A stretch of DNA of 63,922 bases, counting the filler, from Olpidium bornovanus S191 (lineage: Eukaryota; Fungi; Olpidiomycota): NCBI GenBank assembly GCA_017911155.1. It is 34 parts of 34 records of this genome, joined end to end, with 100 filler letters (N's around TTAATTAATTAA, not from the genome) between each part and the next. Parts side by side here need not be neighbours in the genome. Positions count along the whole stretch, not along the records: positions 48,759 to 50,128 come from JAEFCI010007372.1; positions 50,229 to 51,854 come from JAEFCI010000028.1; positions 51,955 to 53,785 come from JAEFCI010012191.1; positions 53,886 to 55,027 come from JAEFCI010003532.1; positions 55,128 to 58,018 come from JAEFCI010007818.1; positions 58,119 to 59,123 come from JAEFCI010013058.1; positions 59,224 to 60,259 come from JAEFCI010009418.1; 27 more parts are not named here. One strand, 5' to 3'. Below, one piece after another: positions 50,089 to 60,359 of this stretch (position 1 is its first letter; every line of letters starts with the position of its first letter). Below the pieces are notes generated by a model that was given only the letters and a program-made list of their open reading frames with translations, did not search any database and was not told the origin of the DNA. Both the position numbers and the translations under genes were made by a program.

Positions 50089-50228
50089 GGGGGGGGGGGG
50101 AAAAAAAAAAAAAAATTTTTTTTTCCCCNNNNNNNNNNNNNNNNNNNNNNNNNNNNNNNNNNNNNNNNNNNNTTAATTAATTAANNNNNNNNNNNNNNNN
50201 NNNNNNNNNNNNNNNNNNNNNNNNNNNN

Positions 50229-51356
50229 CATGCCGATCGTCGGGTCGATGATTCTGGTAACCGTACCAGAGTAATTGACAAGGAGCTCTTTGCTCGCGGC
50301 CTGAATGTGCCGATCTGACGCGGTTGACGACGTGGTAGCTTGCGACGGCGGAAGCAGATAAACGTAGGACAACGAAAATCTCGAAGCGTCATCCTTAGGT
50401 GTCTCCGGCACGGCCTGAGAAAAGAGCAACAGAGCGCGCCTGTCGACCTCGGCGAGCCGGAGGTTCAGAAAATAGCAGCAGGTCGCGACGCGCAGCGCGT
50501 GGTAGTATCGAAGGACGTGATCGCCTCGGAAGAGGACAAAAATCGACCGAGCGGAATTGGCGGGCTTGTCGCGTACATCCGAGGGCGAACGAGCGGCACT
50601 GCCGGCATCGCAAGGAACAACCTCGTCATCGTCGGGCGATGGAGCCGTATAATGGCGGGGAAGTCCCGCATCAACCAGCTCGACGTAAAACCTTGGCTCA
50701 GACCGACCTTCGATGGAGCTTCTCGCCCTTACGAGACCAAATACGTTGGCTCTCCGGAGCTTAGATCCTAGGTGTACATGAGGCACCACGTCTGACACCG
50801 TCCGGCACCGTTTTGCAATACTTTCGAGGCCGCCTTCCGCCGGCGGAAGCAGCGCGTCCGGCCGGCGGTCGGCTTCCGCGCTGGCAAAAAGGGTTCTAAA
50901 ATCTAGATTCCTTGGTTGCATCATGGAGTCCAGGCTGTTCTCGGGAAGGAGGAGAGGCTCACCGAACACCTCGATCCGGGGAAACACCGGGTTCTTGCTG
51001 GACCCTAAAACGACACTTCCGGGCACGTAATTGAACACCGAAACGGCAACCAGCCTGGTCGCCCACCTGGGGTCGTAGGCGGTTACCTCGCAACGTACGA
51101 GCCCGCCGTGCAGGTCGGCAAACACGAGCGAGTGGAACTTGAATCGCAGCCCGTGCGAAGCGGCGGAACTCTCGTCACGCTCCGCGGCCGTCGGCGGTCG
51201 AATGCGGCCGACGAGGACGACGTCGCGCCTGTTTGCTCCCAGTTCCGCCGAGAAGCATCCCCATCGCGAAGCAAAGGCGGGGGCTTGGAGCAGCTCGGCG
51301 ACAGTAACAACCTCAACGCCGCCGCCGGCCTCCGGCCCGCCGGAAGCAGGATGCAT
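50229..51356 (-). CDS. CTC1: CTC1-like telomere CST-complex subunit, N-terminal OB folds, 3'-truncated
   Basis: SLVFADLHGGLVRCEVTAYDPRWATRLVAVSVFNYVP..RIEVFGEP, NVFGLVRARS..RFYVEL, RYYHALRVATCCYFLNLRL and LLVNYSGTVTRIIDPTIGM follow, in the same order, recalled human CTC1 blocks ([80 protein letters not shown]). Confidence 0.78.
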
Positions 51357-51798
51357 GCCGCGGGGGCGAGGAGTGGCGGCGCTGCGCGGTGGCGGTGATT
51401 CCTTGCTTGCCTCGACTTCGAGATGTAACTGTGCGGGGTGCCAACGCAATCAACAAATTGAATGCATTGTCACATAAATCATTGCATAGATATCTACGGT
51501 TAAGTCATTAATCAACAATGGAACTTCTGTTCCGGCGGGAGCGGAAGAGAAATGGTTCTCACCCCTTCCCCAATTCCCCCCCCCCCCCCCTTTTTTTTTG
51601 CCGCGCCACGCTTTTCCGCAACCGCCAAACGCAACCGACCGCCCGCCGCACCCGCCGCCTGGGCGCCACCCGCTGCAATGGTGAGCCGGACGGAAAAAGG
51701 AGGGACGCCGCTGGGGTCCGCCCGCCCCGAGCGCTGTTGGTCGCCCGGCTCCTTTTCCGACCCAGCAGGCGCGGCCTCGCGTCGAACGGGCTTGTGGT

Positions 51799-51842
<44 letters not shown>

Positions 51843-52063
51843 GCGGCCGGGGAANNNNNNNNNNNNNNNNNNNNNNNNNNNNNNNNNNNNNNNNNNNNTT
51901 AATTAATTAANNNNNNNNNNNNNNNNNNNNNNNNNNNNNNNNNNNNNNNNNNNNCTTGCTTGCGGCCTCGCGAGGGGTTGAATTGTTCGGTCGAAGGGAT
52001 TGTTCGCAGCGCACCTTCCACCCTCCGGCCCGCCCGTCCCCCGCAGGAAAAAAAAAAAAAAAG

Positions 52064-52121
<58 letters not shown>

Positions 52122-52198
52122 GGAAAAGAAAAAAAAAAAAAAAAAAAAAGGGAGGGGGGGAAAAAAAAAAAGTGAGGAAAAAAAAAAAAAGAAAAAGT

Positions 52199-53674
52199 TC
52201 ATTCCCGCTTCGCCAACCTGCTCAGCAGCCTTTCCAGGTCTGCGAGGCCCGCGCCGGTTTCGATGTACTTGCGGTACGCGGCGTGACGCCGGACCTCCCG
52301 CCGCGTCCCGCTCTCCAGCTTCAGCGCGCGCACCATGCGGCCGTCGACGTCCCACCTGCGCCTGGACACGGCGTTCCGGCTCTCGACGTCGGCCTCCCAC
52401 GCCGCCCTGTACTCCTCGGGGTAGAGCTCGGCGCGGATGTCGAGGACCAGCGGGTAGTCGAAGCCCGGGTCGCCGCAGGCGCAGGCGCAGGCGTGCAAGG
52501 CCTCGGGGCGCGGCTGGACGTCCAGCGTGTCCGGGTTGGAGCACGTGAGGCACTTGCGCGACCGCTCGAGCTCCGCGGGCGTGCGGGCGAGCTGGGACTC
52601 GTACAGGTGGTAGAGGGCGCTCGCCTGGACTTCGCGGCAGGGCGCGCCGTCGGCGGCGGCGGCGGCGTCGCCGTCTGCCCTCTCGCCGGCGTGGGTGTGC
52701 CAGTTGAGGAGGTGGCGGAGCACGTGGGACCTCGCCGAGTCTGCGAGGGTGCAGAACTCGGGGCCCCAGAAGACGTAGGGGTCGGAGCGCGGGTCGGCCA
52801 GGTCGAGGACGCCGTTCGAGGCCAGGGCCTCCTTGACCGCGCGGCAGCGGGCGCGGACGGCCTTGCCCTCGGCGTCCCAGCGGACGTAGAACTGGACGGC
52901 GTCCTTCATGCGGAAGGCGGACGTGCCGTAGACGAACGGGTCGAGGCTGAGGTCCTGCGGCTCGGTGATGCCGCAGGCGGCCAGCGCCGCCCTGAGGGCC
53001 TTGTTGCGGGCGCGGTTGCTCATCCCCTTCTCGGCAGAAAACGCGGGCGGGGGCTCGCGGCCGGCGTACTTCCTGGAGGCGACCTCGGCGATGTCGCGCT
53101 CGAAGTAGACCAGGGGGATCTCGCCGACGTGCGCGTACTTCTCGCGGGCGAGCGGCCTGATGTCCCGCTTGTCGAGGTAGAAGCAGCGGAGCGCGTCGTC
53201 CCAGGAGATGCGGTAGTAAGGGTAGCGGTTCCAGCACTGGCGGCAGACCGGGGCCGGGGGCGCGAGGCCGTCGGCGTCGGGACACCACGGGGAGAAGACG
53301 CGCGTATCCGCGGACCTCGCCGCGCCGCAGTGGAGGCAGGTCTCGTCGCACAGCGACCGGCACCAGACGGGCCAGCCGGCGGAGGGCGGCTTCTCCAGCT
53401 TGGAGATGTGCTGGCGGGCGCCGGCGATCCACGCCTGGCGGGTCTGCGCGTCGATCCGGCGCCGGCAGCCCTCGACAACCGCGGCGCGCAGCTCGGAGCC
53501 CGCGCCCGACAGGGCGGTCAGGTCGCGGGCGTCCAGGTAGCTGAAGACCTCGCGGCCAAGCTCGGGCGGCAGCTGCGGCAGGAGCAAGGCGGCGGCGAGA
53601 TCGCCGGCGGCGGCGAGAGAGCCGACGCCTGCGCTGCCTCCGTCGGCGCGCCGAAGGGCAGCCGTCGTCTTCAT
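52199..53674 (-). CDS. Intronless F-box protein with XPA/Rad14-like Zn and DNA-binding module and Cys-rich tail, 491 aa
   Basis: F-box LPQLPPELGREVFSYLDARDLTALS. Then CLHC...CRQC followed by YRISWDDALRCFYLDKRDI..LVYFERDIAEVASRKYAG, two helical repeats (ALRAALAACG../AVKEALASNG..) and a CLTC..HACACAC tail. Confidence 0.75.
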   Translation of the reverse strand: MKTTAALRRADGGSAGVGSLAAAGDLAAALLLPQLPPELGREVFSYLDARDLTALSGAGSELRAAVVEGCRRRIDAQTRQAWIAGARQHISKLEKPPSAGWPVWCRSLCDETCLHCGAARSADTRVFSPWCPDADGLAPPAPVCRQCWNRYPYYRISWDDALRCFYLDKRDIRPLAREKYAHVGEIPLVYFERDIAEVASRKYAGREPPPAFSAEKGMSNRARNKALRAALAACGITEPQDLSLDPFVYGTSAFRMKDAVQFYVRWDAEGKAVRARCRAVKEALASNGVLDLADPRSDPYVFWGPEFCTLADSARSHVLRHLLNWHTHAGERADGDAAAAADGAPCREVQASALYHLYESQLARTPAELERSRKCLTCSNPDTLDVQPRPEALHACACACGDPGFDYPLVLDIRAELYPEEYRAAWEADVESRNAVSRRRWDVDGRMVRALKLESGTRREVRRHAAYRKYIETGAGLADLERLLSRLAKRE

Positions 53675-53683
53675 ACTTCGTTT

Positions 53684-53752
<69 letters not shown>

Positions 53753-53885
53753 CTTTTTTCTCCCCCCCCCCCCCCCCCCCTCTCCNNNNNNNNNNNNNNN
53801 NNNNNNNNNNNNNNNNNNNNNNNNNNNNNTTAATTAATTAANNNNNNNNNNNNNNNNNNNNNNNNNNNNNNNNNNNNNNNNNNNN

Positions 53886-54802
53886 CCATGGTCTTGCCTT
53901 CTTTTACAGTTATAACGCCCTCCTTGCCGACCTTTTCCATCGCATTAGCGATGAGTTGGCCGACGTGCTTGTCGCCGTTCGCCGAGATGGTGGCGACCTG
54001 CACCGGGGCAATGCCGGTAACACACCCGGGAGCGTCAGCGTGAATAGACAACCGGCCACGCCGGAAAACCACAGCTCTAAAGCCCCATTTGCTGAAAAAA
54101 GCTTGGCAGGAGCACAGAGAAGCCGTCCCTCCCGTACACGCGCGACTTTACCTGTGCAATCTCATCGCTTGTCGTAATGACCTTGCTGATGGACTTCAGG
54201 TACTTTACAACCTCGTCGACGGCCATCTGGACGCCCCTGCGAAGGTCCATGGGGTTGCATCCGGCGGCGACATTCTTCACGCCCTCCTGGAAAATACCCT
54301 TGGCGAGCACGGTGGCAGTGGTAGTACCGTCGCCGGCAACTTCGTTTGTCTTGTTGGCAACGTCTTGGACGAGGCTGCGCGACGCGCAGGCAGAGCGCAA
54401 ATCAGACACGACAGGTGCGGGGGCGACACGGGAGTTTCGCGGAAGAGGGACCCCCGTTCCTCACCGTGCGCCCAGGTTCTCCAGCTTGTCCTCGAGCACG
54501 ATGCTCTTGGCGACGGTGACGCCGTCCTTGGTGATCTTGGGGCTGCCGTAGGGCTGCTCGATGAGGACGTTGCGGCCCTTTGGGCCGAGGGTGACGGCGA
54601 CGGCCTTGGCAAGCAGCTCGACGCCCTTGAGCAGCGAGGCGCGGCCGTCGACGGCAAAGGCGACCATCTTGTGCGAGGAGTAGAAGCGGGCGAGGACGGA
54701 CGCCGCGGTGCGGTTGGCCAGGGGCGAGCGGGCGTCGGCGGCAGCCGCGGCGGCGGCCCTTGCGGCGGCGGGGCGGACGAGACGGGAGGCGGAGAAAGAC
54801 AT
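53886..54802 (-). CDS. HSP60: Mitochondrial chaperonin Hsp60, 5' part
   Basis: Presequence, then [54 protein letters not shown] and [22 protein letters not shown] across 3 exons. Confidence 0.98.
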
Positions 54803-54828
54803 GGCGCGTTCCTTTTCCTTTTCTGTGT

Positions 54829-54862
<34 letters not shown>

Positions 54863-56987
54863 CCCTTTGGGGGGGGGGGGGGGGGGGGGCGGGGGGGGGG
54901 GGGGGGGGGGGTTCGGGTGGGCGGGGGTCCCCGCGTGCGGGGTCGCCGTCAGTATGTAGTATGTATACCGCTGTTTGAACCGCGGCATTCTCCCGGGCCG
55001 GGTGTTTTCCGAACGACGGCCCTCGCANNNNNNNNNNNNNNNNNNNNNNNNNNNNNNNNNNNNNNNNNNNNTTAATTAATTAANNNNNNNNNNNNNNNNN
55101 NNNNNNNNNNNNNNNNNNNNNNNNNNNACACGCGTTGGGTTGCGAAGCGGCGGACATCTATGTTTCATTTTAGTGGTAATGCTTATCCTCAAACGATTGC
55201 GAGACACAAACACGTGTAATGAAAGAAAATGCGTTCAGAGAGTTCATGAATTCACACGAAACAGTCGAACTTGGCAAAATCTGCGGACAAATCCGAGGAG
55301 AATGAGTGACACTTTGGTTTGTGCAGCTTACTCCTCCGCCGTTGAGAACGGGACCTAATATCTGGAAATTGAGATAGTAATTGTTGCTGCCTGGAAACGA
55401 ATACCGCAATTTGAAAATTTGTCAAATAAGTCCGCAAAACCTAAAGTGCTGTGACTTGTTGCCCGCCTCCAGTAAATGGCAGGTGGGCAACAATGTCAAA
55501 CTCTCCGAAGAAGCGCACAGATATGCATTGCCATTGGGAGCCACACGGCCGGCCGGCGCCGTATGATTTTGCCATATATTGAGATGCGCCGGCAGAGCAC
55601 GGTCTCGTTTCGAGTCATTTAACTGATTTCGATGTGTCACGCCCCGGTGCAACTTGTTCCAAGGCGTTTTATACCCAAGTTTGGACGCATCAAAAACATA
55701 TTCACACCTTTACGTAACGTGTTTGGATGCAAGCGTGCTGACGCTGTTTGGCTTGCTACCACGCGCTTTTATAAATGTTTTGACATGGTTAATGTGTTCT
55801 AAAGGCGCTGACCTGTGAAGACTTGGCTTTCGGGCGTTTTTCAACACGGATTTATTTCGTTGTAATTGCTTTTACGAGCTGCTGACACATTTTAACCCTC
55901 CGTTATGCGTGTTTTATGCATTTCAACGTGCATGGCCATGTGTAAAAACATTTCGGTGCATTTCAAAGACCCATGACACTGATTCACCCCATGACACTGT
56001 TTTACGTATTCTGACCCTGTTTGATGCTGGCGTGCAAGCTTTAGCGTTTTGTTGTTTTTAGGTGTTTCGAAGCACTTGAGCACCGAAGAATCCTCCGCAG
56101 AACGAGACACAAGGGCGACAAAAGGACGCGCGGTTTCGAGTCAGTCACCCGCACGTCACGTCGCAACTTCCCTCCTCCCCCCTTTTCGAGAAAGAGGAAG
56201 AGAGCGGAAACCGTGCGGAGATGCACCGAGAGCGGGTTTGCTTTCCTTCCGCGCGAAACCCATCCCTCGAGCCCGGTTCCCGGTTCCCGGCGGCAGCTTG
56301 GAAAGCCTCCCACGAGCGGATTTCGAAACCTGGACGCAAAGGCGTCGCCGCCGGACGCGTTCACCGCGCGTTTTATATTGCTCCCGGCTGGATTACGTAC
56401 TTTTGCGCAATACTACGTCGACCCTGGCCCCTTTTCCCCCGCCCTTAAAATGATGCCGCGTTTTCCGCTTGCCAAACCGCTTTCGTCTCAGTTTCCCCGG
56501 GCGCCCGCCGCGTCGACACGGTTCGCGTCAGCAGAATGAAATTCAAAAAAAAAAAAAAGAAAAACGTTGTCGCCGTCGCCTTCGTCAAACTGGCGTTTAC
56601 CGTCGGGGGAGCAGACGAGACAGGTCTCTCTCACTTTCTCCTTCTCTCGAGGCTCGGCTCGACCGTGCCCTGCGGCGGGCGAAACCGTAAGCGCCGACTC
56701 CTTTGACGCCAGATTTTCGAAAAGGGACACTTTCCGCCGGCCGGCGGGGGGACGCAAGAGCCGCCGTCGGCGCGCCCGGCCGGCCGCGCTCGAAGCGGGA
56801 GAAACGCGCGCCGCGAAGCCGTCCCACGCCCTTTCGCGGAGGCGGCGGCAGATAAAAACCGGCGTCGGCCGCGGCGTCCTTCCGAACGGCACCAAGTCGC
56901 AAGCCTTCCTCCCCAAGCAGTCTTCTCTCCATTCGAGAGCCTCCGTCGCCAGTCTCCCATAAAGGAAGAAAAAGAAAGTTTTGAGCA

Positions 56988-57454
56988 ATGCAGCTCTCCG
57001 TCGCCGCCGCCATCATATTCCTCGCGGTCGTCCTCGCCGCCGTTTCCGCCGTCGACGCCGCCCCGGCACCCGGAGGTTTCGGAAAGAATCTCAAGAACGC
57101 CAACGCCAACAACGCCGCGAAGTACAACAACGCAAACGCGGCGGCGAAAACCAACAAGTACCACAACAACCTTGCGGTGAACCAAGCGTGAGTTCCGCCG
57201 CAGGCCTGCCCGCGTTTGGATCCCTTTTTTGGCACAGCGAGCGTGCTTCTATTTCGGACCCATCTGACGCAACGCGCCGACAAACAAAACCTTCCAGCTT
57301 CGGGTACAACCAAGTGAAGAAGAACACAAACGCCGCGACCAAGGCGGCCAAGAAGAACTACCAGAACGCGGCCAAGAAGAGCAACAAGAAGGCCGCGAAG
57401 TACAACAACTTCGGTTTCCCGGGCTACAAAGGCAAATACTACGGGAACTGGTAG
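56988..57454 (+). CDS. Small secreted cationic Asn/Ala/Lys/Tyr-rich protein, 118 aa, 2 exons
   Basis: Exons 56988-57187 and 57298-57454, with a GTGAGT..CTGAC..CAG intron. The hydrophobic signal peptide ends ..VSAVDA|APAP. The mature chain has no Cys, Asp or Glu. Confidence 0.85.
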
Positions 57455-57595
57455 AATTAACGGCTTGCGACCACGGGCAACGACGACGATGACGCTAAGG
57501 GCGGGAGTGGCGGGAACTTCTTATGCAGCGCCTTCTACCTCTCCTCCCGCTCTATCCCTTCCCCCTCTTTCCCTCCCCCCAACCCCCACCATCGC

Positions 57596-57650
57596 GGAGG
57601 TAAATTACAGTTGGAGGTAAATTACAGTTGGAAAATTACAGTTGGAAATT
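57596..57650. repeat. Short tandem repeat GGAGGTAAATTACAGTT x2 plus shortened copies
   Basis: Read directly from the sequence, about 140 bp downstream of the secreted-protein stop. Confidence 0.85.
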
Positions 57651-58255
57651 TCTTCCTGCGTCGTGTATAAGGGGTTGCGAGACATCGCGAGTATATGGAG
57701 GCGTCGGGGGGTTAGCGGTAGGAGTCAGACGTGCGCTCCTCCGCTGAGCCGAGAAGAAGGAGTGACGGTCTACGCCTATTCTGATACACGCTTAGAACAT
57801 CCCGCGATTATATTATTGAATATATAATAAAGACGTTATTTGTCATCTGCCCCGGGCGCTCGCGTATTGGATTTCCGCCGGTGGCGTTGACCTCGGACAT
57901 GCCGCCATTTTACACTCCCAATATTTTTCACTGCGCCTCCTGCGTTCTCGGTCTGGCGAGCGTGCCGATCTCCGGACGACGTTAGCGCGGCGCTGCCAAC
58001 ATCACCCTTCGGGGATTCNNNNNNNNNNNNNNNNNNNNNNNNNNNNNNNNNNNNNNNNNNNNTTAATTAATTAANNNNNNNNNNNNNNNNNNNNNNNNNN
58101 NNNNNNNNNNNNNNNNNNAAAAGAGGGGAGGAGGAAAGGGGAAGAGCGCAGGGGCAGCAAAAAACAACAACGACGACGACGAACAACAACAACAGCAACA
58201 CATTTTCCCAAAGGAAAGCGCGGGCGACCGGGTTTTTTTTTTTTTTTTTTTCTCC

Positions 58256-58288
<33 letters not shown>

Positions 58289-59293
58289 CCCTTCTTCGCC
58301 CCCCCCCAGCCCCTTCCTTTCCTTCCCCCCCCCCTTCTCCCTTCACCCCCCCCCTGTGCCATATTTGAAATTTGCCCTCTTTGTACACGTTTTTCTTTAT
58401 ATGCTGCATACTCCGGTAAACGGCAGATTTTCGAAACTCGCGCGCGCGCGCCCGCCCCGGTCGGGGAAAATTATTATCATTATTTTTTTTTGGTTCTTTT
58501 TAAGCCAATTAACACCTGTGGTGGTTTTTTTGTAATTTTTTTTTTGTTTTTTTTGCCTTCCTTTTCTTTTCTTTTTCTGTTTTTGTTGCGTGGATAAACG
58601 GTGGGGGGGAAAGAAGTCGGCGGGGGCGTCCCCGGGTGCTGCGGCCCGTCACGCGGCGGGGGTTTAAGGTTGGGGGGGGAAGGGTGCGAAATAAAGTTAT
58701 AAAGTGAAATGGGCGTAAACAGAGAAACTACCTTCGGAGGGTTATACCAGGGTAACCCTGGCATTCGGGCCCAGAACATCATTCGGTTTTTTTGAAGGGG
58801 ATAATTGCCTCCACCCGAGTCATCCCAGCAAGAGCGTTTTCGTCCCTCCCTCGCAGCTCGCTCTGTTCAGCCTGTTCGCGACTCCATTATCCTTGCCCTT
58901 GATGAGGTGGAGGAAGATAGCGCGGGCGGCGGTGCGGACCGTTGACCCTGTGCTTCGCCAACGTCCACTTCGTCAGGCACGCGCACAACCTCGGCGGAGG
59001 CGACGCGGAAGAGGCAAGTTTCGGGTGCAAAATCGCCGGGGTTTTCAATCCGTTTTACTATGTGACATATTTTCATATGTGTGCTGTGTGATCGGGGGGG
59101 AGGGGGGGGGGGGGGGGGGGGGGNNNNNNNNNNNNNNNNNNNNNNNNNNNNNNNNNNNNNNNNNNNNTTAATTAATTAANNNNNNNNNNNNNNNNNNNNN
59201 NNNNNNNNNNNNNNNNNNNNNNNCAGCACGCTATATCCGCGCCCCAGACCGCGCAGTTCCGCCGCCGCGCGCCTTGATCTTTTCAAAACCGTA

Positions 59294-59591
59294 AAAAGAA
59301 AAAGAGGCAAAGCGTAAAGCCTTGCCTCTTCTCTTGCGACCATAAAGGTCGAAACAGGTGGAGACGAGAATATTTTCTGTGATTGAACACCGTAAATGCT
59401 CTCGTTTCCTGATTGGCTAATGCACGCAGCAGAAAAACGTTCCCGATATTTTTCGTGCAAAAGAAAAAGAGGTAAAGCGTAAAGCCTTACCTCTTCTCTT
59501 GTGGCCATAAAGGCCAAAACTGGCGGAAACGAAAGACGTTCGTTCTGTGATTAAACACCGAGGATGTCCCCGTTTCCTGCACAGCCAATGC
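59294..59591. repeat. Two diverged 165-bp tandem units, each carrying three hairpins
   Basis: Units start at 59294 and 59459. Hairpins at 59302-59330/59467-59495, 59337-59351/59502-59516 and 59360-59409/59525-59577. Confidence 0.88.
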
Positions 59592-59780
59592 GCCAGGGCG
59601 CGATCGTGTTCCCCGGATTCTTCAAAATACGATTTTTCTTGTGTTTAGGTGCTTAGATACCGTAATTTAGGACATAAGTACCGCAAACCAAGAAGGGAAT
59701 CACAATAAGCATGTGAAATCCCCCGTCGGCCAAATGGTTGGCGCCTTTTAATAAACTCTTCATACATTATTAACATAATG

Positions 59781-60230
59781 TTAAGACATTATCAAGGGCA
59801 GGACGCTTTGTAACATTAAAACCCGAATAATATCAAGCGGATAGTTACCGGTTGCGGGATGCGCTGCAAAGGCTTGGATTTCCAAGATTTTGTGCGCAAC
59901 CTCGGCCCGAGTCGCGTGGAGGAGGGGGTAGACAGCGTTTTGGAAGGCGATCATTGGGTGCATGAGGAAACATTTAGGACTGTTTCCGTCCTGATCAACC
60001 TTGAAAGCTTTAAAAATTTGGCCCGATTATTTTTTTTGGCCCAGCGTGGCTGGCGTGCGCATTACAACATAAGGCGGCTGTTTGTACACATCGCGGTTCT
60101 TTGCCCCATACACCCATGCCTGAAAAGGTTTCGGCAAAGAGGAATAGGTGTCTGATGTGAAAACGCGCACCTCATCAAGGCTTAATATAGCCGCCATTAC
60201 TTGCTGCCGGTACAGACAAACATACAACAA
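59781..60230 (-). pseudogene. Decayed ORF of unknown origin
   Basis: Track ORFs 60027-60230 and 59781-59963 are in the same frame and separated by a single TAA (..LGQKK*SGQIFKAF..), giving about 150 codons. Confidence 0.4.
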
Positions 60231-60359
60231 GGCTTCTTCGCTGCCGCCGCCAAAGACCANNNNNNNNNNNNNNNNNNNNNNNNNNNNNNNNNNNNNNNNN
60301 NNNTTAATTAATTAANNNNNNNNNNNNNNNNNNNNNNNNNNNNNNNNNNNNNNNNNNNN

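Noticed and set aside
51903-53833. Overlapping 509-aa and 625-aa ORFs as additional or antisense genes
   Set aside because: They are shadows of the very GC-rich F-box gene, run into homopolymers and N spacers, and have R/P/G-biased translations.
55452-55498. SECIS element (GTGAC start, 13-bp helix)
   Set aside because: The 3' side reads TGTC rather than NGAN, so there is no sheared GA quartet. There is no apical AA and no upstream UGA-containing ORF.
58730-58782. PWWP-like motif MMFWARMPGLPWYNPP
   Set aside because: It lacks the W-P ending, I found no splice that restores it, and there is no supporting domain sequence.
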